From: Takakia lepidozioides
Taxonomy: Eukaryota > Plantae > Bryophyta
Length of the DNA stretch: 64,000 bases
Assembly: GCA_030704615.1 (NCBI GenBank)
Contig: CM060734.1
Location: 37,634,001-37,698,000 of the forward strand
Direction: 5' to 3'
Shown here: in pieces, positions 29,250-42,512 of the stretch
Position numbering within the stretch: position 1 is the stretch's first letter
Layout: each line of letters starts with the position of its first letter
Notes under the pieces: model-generated
Seen by the model: the letters and a program-made list of their open reading frames with translations, nothing else
The model's database searches: none
Told to the model about the DNA's origin: nothing
Made by a program: the position numbers and the translations under genes

Positions 29250-29861
29250 TCGTACTTGAATGGGCTATCATCTAGAGTCTCTCTAGATATTATACGTTGA
29301 ATAGCACGATTACTTGCGACCTTCTCCATGATATTGTACTTTGTGTAGGATTTATGATCTTTATGGCATGTGTGCAGTCTGCATGCCCTTCCACAGGCAT
29401 GAAGACCTCATCCATCTTTGTTATACCAATCGCATGTCCAGTCTTGTTAGCTATCTATTTACCACTCAGATTTAGATCAGAGATCATTGATTTTATTATA
29501 CACTCAACATGTTTTTGCCCATATGACCCTTGATAAACCACACATCAACTGTTCATTTCCAATTCACCTTCGGAGTACAAGAAAGCGGATGTGAGCTTTT
29601 CTCATTTTCACCCAAGATAGGCCGCTTGCTTAGGAGCTTCATATACGTGTCAATGACATCGTTGATAGGACAGTCCAATGCCTGACGTTGATTTTCACTA
29701 CAGGAAAATAGGGAGATTTATGACGTCGTAAAACAACCCTTTTTGGGCAAGGGGGGAGAACCAAATTTGCTACGCCCGGGCGTCGCCAAAAAAATGTCGC
29801 AAATTTACGACCAATGGGGGTCGCAAAAAGACGAAACTGCGATTTGCGACGCCCGGGCATC

Positions 29862-29906
<45 letters not shown>

Positions 29907-31200
29907 ACTCTGCATGCAGATTTATCACCGTCCGGGGATCGCAAAGTGTGACGCCCGGACGTCTCAATTTACGGGCTTCCACTGTGGTGATGCTGTTGCG
30001 ACGCCCTGGCGTCGTAGAGGCGTTGGGGCGCCCTCAGTGACGCTTTTGCGATGCTGAGGCGTCACAACGTTTTTTTTTTTTTTTTAATTTTTTTTTTTAT
30101 GGACGTCGCAAGAAAAAAAAATCCGTCGCAGCAAGGGCCCTCTTTCCCCCTTCATGCCACCTTGCGACGGCTGGGCGTCGTGATGGTGTCGCAGCGGGGG
30201 AAAAAAACGTCGCGGGCTCGGCGCCGCACGGGGCGCAGCTGACGTCGTAAACCTCCCCCCCCCCCCCCCCGCATTTGTTGTAGTGTTTCGACACCACATA
30301 GTGGGATTCTCTTCTCTGAAAGCTCTTGAACTGGTAGTTGTCTTTAGCAATCTTATCTCTCTTGCACACAAGTATCTCTCTGACAGAACAACACAAATAT
30401 GTAGCCAGAGTCCCTCCTTCCAACTGCACTCTCTCTGAAGAATGCATACAAACAAATGCACACAAACGAACAGAAGCGCAGAAAAACGCTTAGCCCGAGT
30501 CTAGAGAGGATTAGCATGTTTACACCAATTTATATCAAGTTTGCACAACACATGTACTTATATTTGTATATTGTAGATGTGCGGATAAGTGCATAACATA
30601 TCGTTTTTTTCTATTTTTATCATTTTCCTCTCTTTTATTTCCATTTAATGACATCCAACTTCCAATTCTGGAGGTGGATGATACCTACAAAATACAAATT
30701 AACCTTGTATTAGCCAAACTACAATATGCACGAATATAAAAAAACCAAAACAACTAAACAGTGTCTACTACATGAGATTGAATGTCACTCTCGACTCTTC
30801 GTTGCTCTTGGAGAGCACAAATTAGCTTTCCGATCGCTCGGAATATTAGTCTTTGTATGCTGCAAAACACAAAATCTTCATATGTTAGATTACATAACAA
30901 ACATACCTAAAAATATATGCGTAAAATATATGTGTGACAAATAAAAATATCTAGATATGACTTATGGGGCAGGAGGGTAAAGGCTCCCATTTTTCTTTGT
31001 GGTCTCCAGCATAAAGAGACAAAGCATATTCACGAGCAACTTTGGATCTTGAGCTTTAGACAAATCTTCCATACTCTTTTATGTGGAGTAACTTCTAAAT
31101 ATTCGTCATTCATTTAACGCTCTGCGCGCCCATGTTAACTCAAGGAATTTGAATGTTGGAAACATATCGTGTCTAGTAAGGCGGGTGTTCCTGGAATCAT
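29250..31200 (-). pseudogene. Crypton-like (DUF3504 tyrosine recombinase) relic, copy B
   Basis: Homologous to copy A in inverted orientation (KDPKLL..KKNGSLYPP; RAFREENPT); C-terminal IANKTGHAIGITKM and HKDHKSYTKY resemble the YR H-x-x-R and GH...Y catalytic motifs; frameshifted and partly deleted. Confidence 0.65.
29696..30285. mobile_element. Non-autonomous CACTA (En/Spm) element inserted in Crypton-like copy B
   Basis: Ends CACTACA / TGTAGTG; 3-bp TSD TTT; subterminal GCGACG/CGTCGC repeats; copy A shows the near-empty site GGTGTCGAAATCAACG at ~28381. Confidence 0.88.
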
Positions 31201-32165
31201 GATAAAGAGATTGTTGTTTGTGGAAAGGAGCTTGTACATGGTACTTCATTGACTACGTAAAAAAATTTCTAGTTTTTTTCCTTTGTGTTTTCAGGGATCT
31301 TTCGGAGCAAAATTTTCTGATGCGGGGTCTTACAGGGAAATTCCCCATAAGACATAAAATATTTCTTACGGAGAATCTCTATGTAAGATTGGGCGTTTTA
31401 AAAAATATATATCTTTCTATTTCTTAAGTAGCTCTATTATTTTGCCTCAATGATATTTTGAAGCTCAACATCATGGTGCTCTTTTGATTATGATTGAATT
31501 CGCAGTCTCTTCAAACACGTGCAATGTGCAATGGGACAACACAAGTTTCAATGGACAAATTAAGTAGAGAATGAAAGGTGCTTTTATTTTTTCTGTGCTA
31601 ATTATTTCCAGTGGAGTGAAAATCAACCTACATGATCTAGAATCACAAAATTGCTCTACGAGCCTGCCATCCAATGTACTACTCACGAGCATTCTCTTGA
31701 TCATCAGGACTAGGTCTCTCGTTTTTTAACAAATTAGGTGTATGCTTAGGGTCCACAACGATGATGCTACAATTTTCCAAATTGTTGAACCGATGACCAA
31801 TTTCATATCAACCGTTTCCATTTGAACTACCTGACGAATTCACGAGGTCGGGTTTCTTCGTTTCTTCATCATATCGCTCAGCATCTTCATTCCAGCCTCA
31901 AATTTCCAAAACTCATAATGGTTGAGATAACTTTTGTAGGTATAAGAGCATCAACACGCAACAACCTTGCAATGGTAACCTACCGCGGCCTCCAACAGTC
32001 CCCTCCCCCAGCGGCAACCCCATCAAACTACCCTACACATGTCTTTTTGGCTCACCTGCCTTGCTACAAAGGGCCCACTTGGCACACACGGCCTTACCCT
32101 CACACCATAAATGCACGACTACGTGCTTTTTAGTCTCTCCAGCGGGTAAGGTGGGGGGGGGCTTA

Positions 32166-32647
32166 GAGCATCTCCACGGTGAGCACCGCGGGTGGCAAGG
32201 ACAGTTTTTGCAGGGACAGGTTGGTTGAAACTCCCCGGTTGGGACCAACGGTACGAGACAGACACGGCAGAGATACCCCGGGGGAGGCCTGCCGCTCCAT
32301 CAGGAACTTGGTGCGTTGACCGATGACACATATCACATTAACTCCCAAATAACTCACAAGTTTAATGTAGCGTGGTTAGCGGGTCCGGTATAATTGGACA
32401 AAGTGCCGGGCAGGAGGAGGGTTAAGGGGGGGGGACACCAAATCCGCTAGACTGAGCCAACCCTGGAGCACTTTTTTGGACCCCGTGCCGGTAGATTGCC
32501 GTTTTGGGGCAAGTACTGTGACATTGTGGAGATGCTCTTTAGCTGCACGGTATCCTGCACCAAAGTACGGCCTAGGGGTGTGGATACCAGGGCCGGGGGC
32601 TCCTTTGCCGTTACAGGGGCATATAAGGACCCCCCTTGGAGATGCTC
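32166..32647. mobile_element. PIF/Harbinger Tourist-like MITE
   Basis: TIRs GAGCATCTCCA / TGGAGATGCTC flanked by TTA / TAA. Confidence 0.75.
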
Positions 32648-33443
32648 TAAGTCACTAGCCCCATGTCCGTCTTTTGACGTTTGCGAACTGTGTATGAAGA
32701 GACTACAAATTCAATCATAATCAGAAAGAGCACCATGATGTTGAGCTTCAAAATATCACCAAGGCAAAATAATAGAGCTACTGATAGATATAGAAACACT
32801 CTGATCATAGGAGGAAAAAGACAAGAAATAAAGAAATAGATAGATAAAGAAAAGAAAAGAAGTGGGCCCAGCCTTACTGGAAATTTCCATGTAAGACCCC
32901 GGCCAGCATGGGAAAATTCTGCTCCAGAAGATCCCTAAAAACACAAAGGAAAAAAAGCTGGAAAATCTTTGCGTTCGGTCGCTAGTCTGAAACGGAGGGG
33001 GCCCGGGGCCTCTAAGATGTGTCTAAACTTTGGGCGGGCCTGCTTGGCAAAGCGTCTCTGGACAAGTAGCGACTCGTTGGGTAGTTGGTGAACAGTCACA
33101 ACGCTATTGGGTTGCAACCTGCAAGGGCAGGTAGATCATGAACACGACGGTGAGCTGCCATAAAGAGCGTGCCATCCGGACTGTCACGGTTCTCTGTCTG
33201 CCGCGCTTGGATTTGGGGGTGCAGCGTGTGGGAATGTGTTAGTGGCAACTGAGGATGGTGTATGAGTTGCAGTTTGAATGCGGGTCAATCCTGTCACAGC
33301 AGGCGTGCGGGTTGTTATGTATAGCAGAGTTTCGGCTTGGCTGTTGTTTGCGATTCCAGGTTTGATACTTTTCCGCTCTCTACATCTCTTAACTTGCCTC
33401 CAACGTCCCTTCAATTTCCCAGTGGCCTCTGTGGGTGAGCACA

Positions 33444-34875
33444 ATGACACACCCCTGCACTGACTCAACGGCCGAGGACATATTCGGGACTTTCACACCT
33501 GAAGAATTCTACGCCAGACATGGGGTGACGCACTCCGAAGAATTCATTAAGAATGCGCAGGGACTGTCGCGGTGCACCCGGTCATGGATACCTGTGGATC
33601 AAAAGCTTCGAGGGACAGTCATGGTGTGCCACGGCTATGGAGCTGATGCAGGGTGGATGGTCCAGCTTACTGCCATTGGCATAGCCAAGAGGGGCTTTGC
33701 AGTATTTGCAATAGACCATCAGGGCCATGGGAAATCTGAGGGGCTGAAGGGTTACATTCCAGACATCAATCCTGTGCTGGATGATTGTGTTGCATACTTC
33801 GATGTGAAAAGAGAACCCTACAAGTCTCTCCCCACCTTTTTGTTTGGGGAATCACTGGGAGGGGCTATTTCTTTGCTGCTTCATCTCCGGCAGCCCAGAC
33901 TGTGGTCAGGAGCCATTCTCAATGGTGCTATGTGTGGCATCTCTCAGAAGTTCAAGCCCCCATGGCCTCTGGAAAACCTGCTCTACTTGGTGGCAGGTTG
34001 GATATCTACCTGGCCAGTCGTGCCTACCAAAGATATACCCACAGTTTCTTTCAAGGAGCCCTGGAAGCGGCAGCTCGCAAAGAATAACCCAAACAGGTAA
34101 TTTTGTCATTTACTGCATCTACCGTTGTGCAGGAGACATTGGCATCCTTTCTCATCATCACATTGATATTTGTGGCCACAGTAAGGCTTAGGTCTGTAAC
34201 TGTCCCACCGAGACCATAATATGTCCGCAGCAGTGTTTTTTCCTTGTATGTTTTGGAGCTATTGTGCCATACTCTCAGATACATGGTGCTTGCCGACTGC
34301 CCTCACTGTCCACTGAAATTGCTTCAAGAACTCAGCAGTCGAATAAGATCACTCACTCTGGGAGACTGTCCTTGCCACATAAGAATTAGTCAGCAACATA
34401 GCAGCCCAGTTGATTGTGGGGTTAGCTGCGATGAAAGCTGCAAATCCCTGTGGTAAGCTGGTGATTGCATTCCCTGGGTAACATTCACAGGGATTGGTCA
34501 GCCTTCTCTGGAACCATCCCACAATCTAGTTGCGGTAGAGTCCACATGTTTGCTGATGATCCAAAGTCACCTCTCATCAGGTATGGTGGAAATCCGCGCG
34601 CCGGTACAGCTCTTGAGCTTCTACGGGTAGTAAAAGAAATTGAGGCCCGTGGATCTGAGGTCACACTTCCTCTGCTAATTATACATGGAGAATTAGATGT
34701 GGTGACGGATCCAGAGGGAGCAAAGAAGCTTTATAATCAGGCAGTGAGCTCCGACAAAACTCTGCACATCTACCCAGGCATGTGGCACCAGCTGGTTGGG
34801 GAACCCCCAGAGAACATTGAAAGAATTTTCGGAGATGTCTACTCATGGCTTGAGGCCAGGGCTCCAAGGGGCTAG
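33444..34875 (+). CDS. Alpha/beta hydrolase of the monoacylglycerol lipase / caffeoyl-shikimate-esterase-like family; exons 33444-34096, 34581-34875
   Basis: HGYG oxyanion motif, DHQGHGKS, nucleophile GESLGG, HGELDVV (Asp), YPGMWHQL (His); GT-AG intron in phase. Confidence 0.92.
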
Positions 34876-35459
34876 GATGGCCCAGGAATTCACATTGGAT
34901 CATGTACTGCCATACAAAGGAGATAGCACAGGTGGTCGATGGCGAAGCGCCCAACTGATCATACCAAGGGTAAATCTCTATGAAATAAAACACAGCAAGA
35001 GTACATCATGTTGATTTTGCACAACTCGTGGAAGGCAGATGGTGTATTGTGAGCTTGCCATGGTTGTGTATATGCAGGATTACTAGGGAACCCGCACTCA
35101 CTCCTTACAAAACTTTGGCTGGCTTGCAAATTCTATACCTCCTGTGCGAGGATGTTTTCACACGAAAAATTTGGACTGGAAGCCCTTTGTCTAGGTCTGG
35201 TAACAAATACCTCAGAATGGTCACACATCATAAGTGTGCGATGACTCTGCTTTGATGAGCAGCACTGAGGCCTGTGCTCCAAAGGAAAATGTCTTCATCT
35301 GTTTTGCGCCAGTTGTTCATAGAGGTGTTTTAAAATTGTTGCCTGCTGATACTTAAGTTGAACAGAAATCCTTTTTTGACCTGAAAGTGCACTAACACCC
35401 GAGGCACATGTCCTGATTTTCAACAGTGGTAGCAGCCAAGCCCCCAATGCATCTACACT

Positions 35460-38323
35460 TCAATTATGGCTTCCAATGCTCAGGATGTGTGATACTAAGA
35501 GACTAACACCTTTATCAATACAGTCACACTTTGTAAGCCACTGGAGAAATGGGGAAATCTCTAAGAGAAACCTGTGTGTCAAAGCTTTATCACCAACTCG
35601 GCCAATATAAAGAGCTGGCCACCAACCACCCACTGGTTTCTTTCGTTTGTGAGCTTCAAGACATCTTTGCCGAAGAGGTCGGTGCATGGGATAGCCAGGG
35701 TGTTTGCCTGAAAAACACCCTGAAATACAGTGAGTATGAGAATGAGCACTGGCGGGCAGTGGATTGGGACCCTCTGTGGGACTGCCAACTCTCATGTCTA
35801 CCTTCACAATAGTTCTTTGAAAGAAATACATGCTTGTTCCTCTCTAGTACATACCTGAAATGTGTCCTTGATGGTGGACCGGTGGATGAATGCTGAATGC
35901 TGCTCAGACCATGCTGAGATGTGGAGTTCCACCACCACACGGCCTGTGGTTTCATGGGGAGGTAAAGAGATTGTTAGATACAACATCTCCCAAAAAGATA
36001 GTACTTGTAGTTAACATGAACCACATCTCAATGAAAATGTGTCAAGGCTTTCTGCAGATTAGACATGGATCCCAGGTTTCACTTCAAGAATACCCAGGCA
36101 CTCTGGTCCATGGCTTCAAGAATACCCAGGCACCACAAATCTGGTCCATGGTGTCCTACAAGTGCGGCCATAGTGTGCACTGGGCAGTGCCGGCATCTCC
36201 TGATGTAAGCCTCATGGCTTCCAAGGTTATCATTTGCTTAGGCCTTCTTATTTTGGCCTCTGTTTCCTTTCAAAATTGCACTAAGTATGCAATCCTGGAG
36301 GTTGGAAGTTTTTGCCAGGATTGGGGTTTGGAAGGTAATAAACTGGAGGAGGAATGAGGCACTGAACTTTCTAACTCTCTAAGAAAAGTACATATATTGG
36401 AATGTGGACCAGCTGCCCAGTAACATGTAGATGACCGAAAGATCATCCATACTGTACCTGCAGGTTTGGTGCACATGACCAAGTCCAGCCCTATCCTTTC
36501 TCCGGATGATGGTGATGTTGTTGGCACTTTCCTGACACGAAATGAGAAGCTGGCTCCGCACAGTCGAAAAGTTTCAAAAGTCAAACTCATCTTTGCTTCC
36601 AACTCTTCTAGTCTACAATTAAGGTTCACAGTAGCAGCCTTTTGGGGTTGCTCTAACACCATTACCTTCACAGGCTTGAGGTAAGCTTCGCGTCTCTCAA
36701 ATCTTCGATGGCCCACCGCAACCTGCATGATATGTCCCACGCCTCTCAGGAAAGATGTGAAAGAGGGTGGAGTTGGGAAGAACGTAAGAAGGACACCAGA
36801 AAGCAGGAAAAAGAAACAAATTGTGTGCAAATCACTACTCTACGCAGCATTATATTTCAGGGCATATGCACAGAATACAAATTAGATCTACCAAGACGAG
36901 TCTGCCCAGCTTTACACTTCACACACTTATCCAAATAAGGGCGGGAAACAGGCCCACGGAAAGATGCAGACAGACAAGGTCTACATATGCCCTACCTCTG
37001 AGCGAAACCGGAGCTTGGTATCGTCCATTTCAGTCCGCAAACGAAGGCCCTCAATCACGAGCTCTTGACATGCAGGGCCAGGCAGATCTGGGTGGTCGAT
37101 AAGCCCACCCAACACGTCTGCCTTCATGAAAGGAAACCGAATAAACGGCACAAGGCGGGCCATAGTTTCCTGGATCTCTTCTGCTGTCTTTACGTTCTCT
37201 TTAACCCACATTATGACTGCGTAGAGAGCAATCTCCTCTCTCTCAACTGGCAGCTGGTCGCTACCCAGAAGAGCTTTCAGGGCTGCTTCTGGCAAGGCCT
37301 ATTACACCAAGAAAATAATCATCAGAGAAGCTATTCTCAAGCCCAAATGGTATTTGCAGGTCACAGTCAATACATGATCTAACCAACAGACTCCTTCCGC
37401 AAATACACTTTAAACCCTATAGGGGATCTGAGAAACATCACAGGATGCATCAGTACCTTCAGTTCCCTCCACACCTCCGTGTCCCTCTCCGTCAGGCTTC
37501 TGGGATCCCAAAACCACCTGTTTTTGAAGTGTTCAATAAAAAACAGTGTGCTATCTCTGGTTAGTTTATCTGGGGCGGATGCCTTTAAATAAATTGGGGC
37601 GCTTGGATGGTAACATCCCAGGCCAATCTGGCTATATGCTGAGATCTCCATTCCTTGGACAATCAGCAGGGAAGGCTGAAAGAAGCCGCTACATCATAGC
37701 CAGAGCCTCCAGTTCGCCTGAGATATTCAACATATGAGCTGCCTCCATGATCTGGACCGACATGCGCAGATCTAGCCCATCCCCCCTCAGCCTTTTTATG
37801 CACATCTGGGAGCAATTTGGTGCCAAGAACCGTTCTGCCAGCATCCATAGCGCAATCAGTTCGTCCACTTTGCTCACAGAAACCTCGTTGGTGTAGATGC
37901 ATAGCAGATTGTGAAACGTGGTTTCTTCTGCAGATATGACCCCGATCGAAATTGTCAACAAGAGAAGCTCAATGAAGATGCGAGTCCGTGGATCGCGCCC
38001 GCGCAAGGGAGAAAAGGAGTAGATTTTCGAACTTGACAAAACTTCTTAGGTCCACTGGAAGCCTCAAGGGCATATCGGACCAAAAAAAGAGCTTGTTTCC
38101 CTCCTGTTTTCCTATTCAAAAGGATGACACAGTTCGTGACCTTTTTCCGAATAGGAAAGTAGAGACATTTTCTGCAACAAAAAAACAGGAGGTTGGTTCG
38201 AAGTCAAACCTTCACGAGAAATATGAATATCAACTGTCCTTGAGTCAGAATCTCAGAATCCATTCCCTCCAATCAGACGATGGAAAAACGCTGACTCTTT
38301 CGCTAAGACCACGGAGCAAACAT
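35460..38323 (-). CDS. Divergent BTB/POZ-BACK protein (LRB/POB1-like); may be a pseudogene; ends uncertain
   Basis: BTB tail FHNLLCIYT..LWMLAERF; BACK domain LPEAALKALLGSDQLPVEREEIALYAVIMWV..IRFPFM; HRRFERREAYLKPVKV resembles LRB/POB1 C-terminus; apparent stop at 37689 unless spliced out. Confidence 0.6.
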
Positions 38324-40894
38324 GCACGTCGTATACTTCCGGAGTAGCCGCACCATCGCTGCATCTCAAGCCTTGCTTCTCTTTAATGCATCTCCAATGA
38401 CACCGACCCAAAACTGATCAGACCATCAATTTATGTAGATTTATTAGAGCTATATCCAGGAAATAAGAGCAGCCTTCCATGTACCCGGCCCACCTTAGCA
38501 AGTTAATTCCTTATTAGGGAAGAAAGCTTCCTTTCCCCATCTGTCGGGGCACTGGCTCCCCTGGACTTTCTATTTTCCCCCCCCCCTTCTCTCTCTTGTG
38601 TCCCTCTCTCTTTTCATGCACCGACGTAGATCTAGATTTTGGACTCTGTTTGTTATGAAACATCGGACGGTCATATTAGCTCTTCTCCCGGTTTTCGTGG
38701 AAGTTCTATATAAAGCTTCTTTCTTCGGACGAGAGCTTGTCTCTTTTCTGTATATTTAGTCTTGTTCTCTCTGTAAGGTCTCTCGAGATCGATGAAATGA
38801 TGACCACTTTTCGTTTGCGTTCACGTTCGCAAGCAGATCTGTCAAGGAGACATGGCAAAAATATCTCGTCTGCATCCATCGAAATTGACAAAACCATACG
38901 ATGCATCTAGAGACAGCGAGCAACTACCCGCTCTGACCTTGTCGTCAACGTCACCCCCGGAGTCCTCCAAACTTCCACCATTCTTTTGTTTAGGAAGAAA
39001 TTCGAGGCCAAATTGCCAGTCGGAGCGCTTACTCTGGTCGCTTCCATGATCAATCTCAAGAATCGGAGCCCTGACCAGCCTTGCGTTACTCCCTAGCTTC
39101 CAAATAAATAAACCCCTGCATGAAACCAAATCTAATGAAGGATCAGGGCCGCATCAATTGTTAACAAGGGTAGGCCAACGATAGACATCCATGGCTAATG
39201 TAACTGCACAGCGCTAGAGAATTATGTGTACGCACTCATGAGTCTAATTATTCAGACATGTACACGGTAGAAGGGGAAAGGGGTATAGATGAGGGATAAA
39301 GGAATCACAGAGAAATATAGGTTCAATTACAGAGAACACATACCGAGATCAGCGACTTACCGTGCTCCATTGAAGTCTTTCGTCTTGAGGCTGTAGCATG
39401 GGCAACAGATGTCAATACGGAGATCTCACAAAAAGGCCAAATGCTGGTCATAACTAGTTGTAAGTTGCATTATTAGCAAGTGCAATGTTCTTTTGGAATT
39501 TAACCTCTTGCCCTCCGAAGCTCCCGGGTACACCAGCACAATCGAACATGGTCTGGAAACTGAATCAAATGCGGCTGGTGGTGATCTTATTATTGTATAC
39601 ATAAAGTCTGGAACCTGAATCCGAGTCAAACTGGATATAATATTGTTTGGATTGGCCTAATGAAATCCTCAAAATAAAAACTAGAGCTGTGTTTGGTATA
39701 TATGTCGGAACCTCTAAATGGCTCAGAGAACTAATCAAGTATATAGTTATAATTCGGTCGAGTGCACTGTCCAGAACAAGTTTGAATCAATCTGGAAAAG
39801 ATCTAGAGACCTAGCCTATAAGTACGATTAGTTCGGACGATTGGACGCTAAGGAAAATTTTCATGCTATTCTTTGAAGGTAAGCGAATGGAACATTTGTT
39901 ATGCGCTCAGCTAAACAACTAGAGCTGGAAGTCTCGAGACTTGAGCTCAAAAATCCAGAGAAGGGGAGTCCGAGAAGAAGAACAGTAGAATCGAATTTCA
40001 AGAAAAAAGAGGGGGCCCGGGAACTTACGAACGTACCTAACGATAGTCTACTGTATGAGCTTATATCGCATGATATGCTTTTCAGTGACAGAAAATCTAG
40101 GAAAGAAGGATTAAAGCCTCAGGAGCGCGATAGAGAGTCCAATTAAATTAAAACCCGCAGATCTTTGGCTGGTACCTTCACATAAATACGTGTAGTCGAT
40201 GCAGAAATAAACTGCACACAGAATTTAGAGGGTAAAAAAGCAGGCTTAAAACATTTTTCTGTGGACACAGTGTGGACACACTAATCCGAGAGAGTGACTC
40301 CAGGAAGACAAGATATAATTGACAAAATCACAATGCTGAGCAGTTTACAGCACATTGAAATAAAGAGACTAAGAGAGCAGAACCGGCGCCTGTGTTGGCA
40401 CTGCAATCATAGTGGAGGGCACTCTGCGCAGTACAATGCTCTACTCAGCAGAAGAGTCATATGCAGATGAGTAGTCCACTTACCACAAAGAGGGCTGCGA
40501 AGCCTATCTGAGATACCGAAGGCCTTAGAGTCCGGGCATAGACTCCATCCTCCGGAAAAGCGTTGTACGTCATATATATCATAGAATGCATCAAACAGAC
40601 ACAAAAAAAGAGCGAGAAACTTACGAGAGCCAGACGAGACAAATGTAGGTTAGCTCTTAGGAACTACATGCAAAAAGCTCCCAGAGCTGCTCTCTTTGCT
40701 TAACCTCACTATTGCTTTGGTGACACTGGCCTCTGCCCACACCGCAACTGCGTTATAGTGCATTATGCGCATGCTAATGCACAAACATTATGGGGTAATT
40801 CGTTTCATCCCAGGCTTGCCTAGGAAGTTAGTTACCACAGTCACTTACCACCATCCATCTTTGTACGGATGAATATATTCTCAGATACCTATAC

Positions 40895-41586
40895 CAGTGT
40901 TGGGTTTATAGAGTCATCAGGATATCAATAGTAGGATCATTATCAACCCGGATATCAATGTATCCGGATCCGGCAACTATTTGATATCCGGCTATTATTT
41001 ATATCCGGCGGATACATAAAACGGAGGATCCGGATAGGATCCTACCCGCCGGATATAAAAAGGTTTAATAACTGGACTGATACAAGAAAATAAATTATTA
41101 TTATTATTATTATTATTATAATTTTAACCATTTAAATTTATTAAATAAAATTGAGGGCTACAATCCCCCTGTTTATTCATGATTATTTATATCCGGATTA
41201 CTCTATAACTGCCCGATATTAAAATCTAAATATTTGGACTTATTTATATCCGGCAGATTTTTAAAAACTTCCACTATGCATAACCGGCGGATATTAGAAA
41301 TGCAAATTATTCTAATATCCGGATCCGCAGGATATATCATTCTCTAATCTGTCAAGTATCCGGACCAAGGCGGATATTAAAACAAGCCTCAAATGGCAAT
41401 GGGCTCTCAAATGGCAAAACATAAGGGGAAGTGAGATTAATAAGGAGGATGAGTCAGCACAACACACCAATGGGAGCCTTGACACGGTGTAAGGTCCTTT
41501 GACCATATTTTCTCCATTGACTTCAACATGTTGCAAAGTCTCTCTTATGTAGAAGAAAGCCAAAAACTAAGAACCTCCCAACACTG
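40895..41586. mobile_element. Non-autonomous hAT-type DNA transposon
   Basis: TIRs CAGTGTTGGG / CCCAACACTG; perfect 8-bp TSD ACCTATAC; subterminal ATCCGG/CCGGAT repeats; internal (TTA)n. Confidence 0.9.
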
Positions 41587-41975
41587 ACCTATACCTTGTT
41601 TGCACGCGATAAAGATATTCTCTAGGGTCGATCAGGAGGCGGAGGGCTTTTAGGGCCAACTTCCATGTCCCAGCCTTAGGCCAAGATTGCACTAGAGGAC
41701 AAAAATGACACCGTGCTGTGCTAATTTTCGCCGACGCCCGGATATCGGCGTCCTCAGGCCTCACCCTACACATAGGTATGTGCCTCCTTTAGCAGACGAT
41801 CCTATTCGTTTTCCTTTCTTTTTAAAATCATGTCAGCAAGATTATGGTGATAAAGGCGGTAGTTCGATGCGTAATGCTTGGTACTTTTACAGACAAGATA
41901 CATTCCTCTTGTTTGATTTTTCGAGCTGGTTTTGGTCGTGCCACGATTGGTCCCTATGGTAGTTTGGCGGGCTAA

Positions 41976-42438
41976 GGGCATCTCTAGCGGTCATGGCATG
42001 CCGTGCTGCAACGCCAAGCTGCAGATGCTGTCGCTGAAGTTGCTCGAAGCTGCACCCAGCGGTCACCTTGCACGGGACTTAAGCCACCGGCCCCTATAAT
42101 CCCAAACATTACCACCAATTTGGTGGAGGATGGAGGGCTTGCACAAGCTCGTGGCACGCGAAAGTCAATGAATGTTGACCGTCTAGGAGCTCGCGATGGC
42201 AACACACAACATGGGCTCGACCAAATTCTCAAGGTCATTGTGTCACTCGTGGCAGCGCGCACAACACGTAGTATGTGCACACAACCCACGTCCAACCAAC
42301 GTGGCTTGTGCCTGTTATGGAGGGGAGAACTTAATGTGAATGGGTGGGCCACAGCTACGGTTCATTTTCAGAGACACGCCGTGGGCCACCATAGCTTCAA
42401 TAGTGGGGCAGATTTAGAGGCCAATGTTGGAGATGCTC
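41976..42438. mobile_element. PIF/Harbinger Tourist-like MITE
   Basis: TIRs GGGCATCTCTA / TGGAGATGCTC with TAA TSD. Confidence 0.75.
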
Positions 42439-42512
42439 TAAGTTTGTCAATTGGGTCTCAACTTTGAAGGCGAGTAATTCCTCTCTCACTATATATCCTG
42501 TACATTCTTTAA

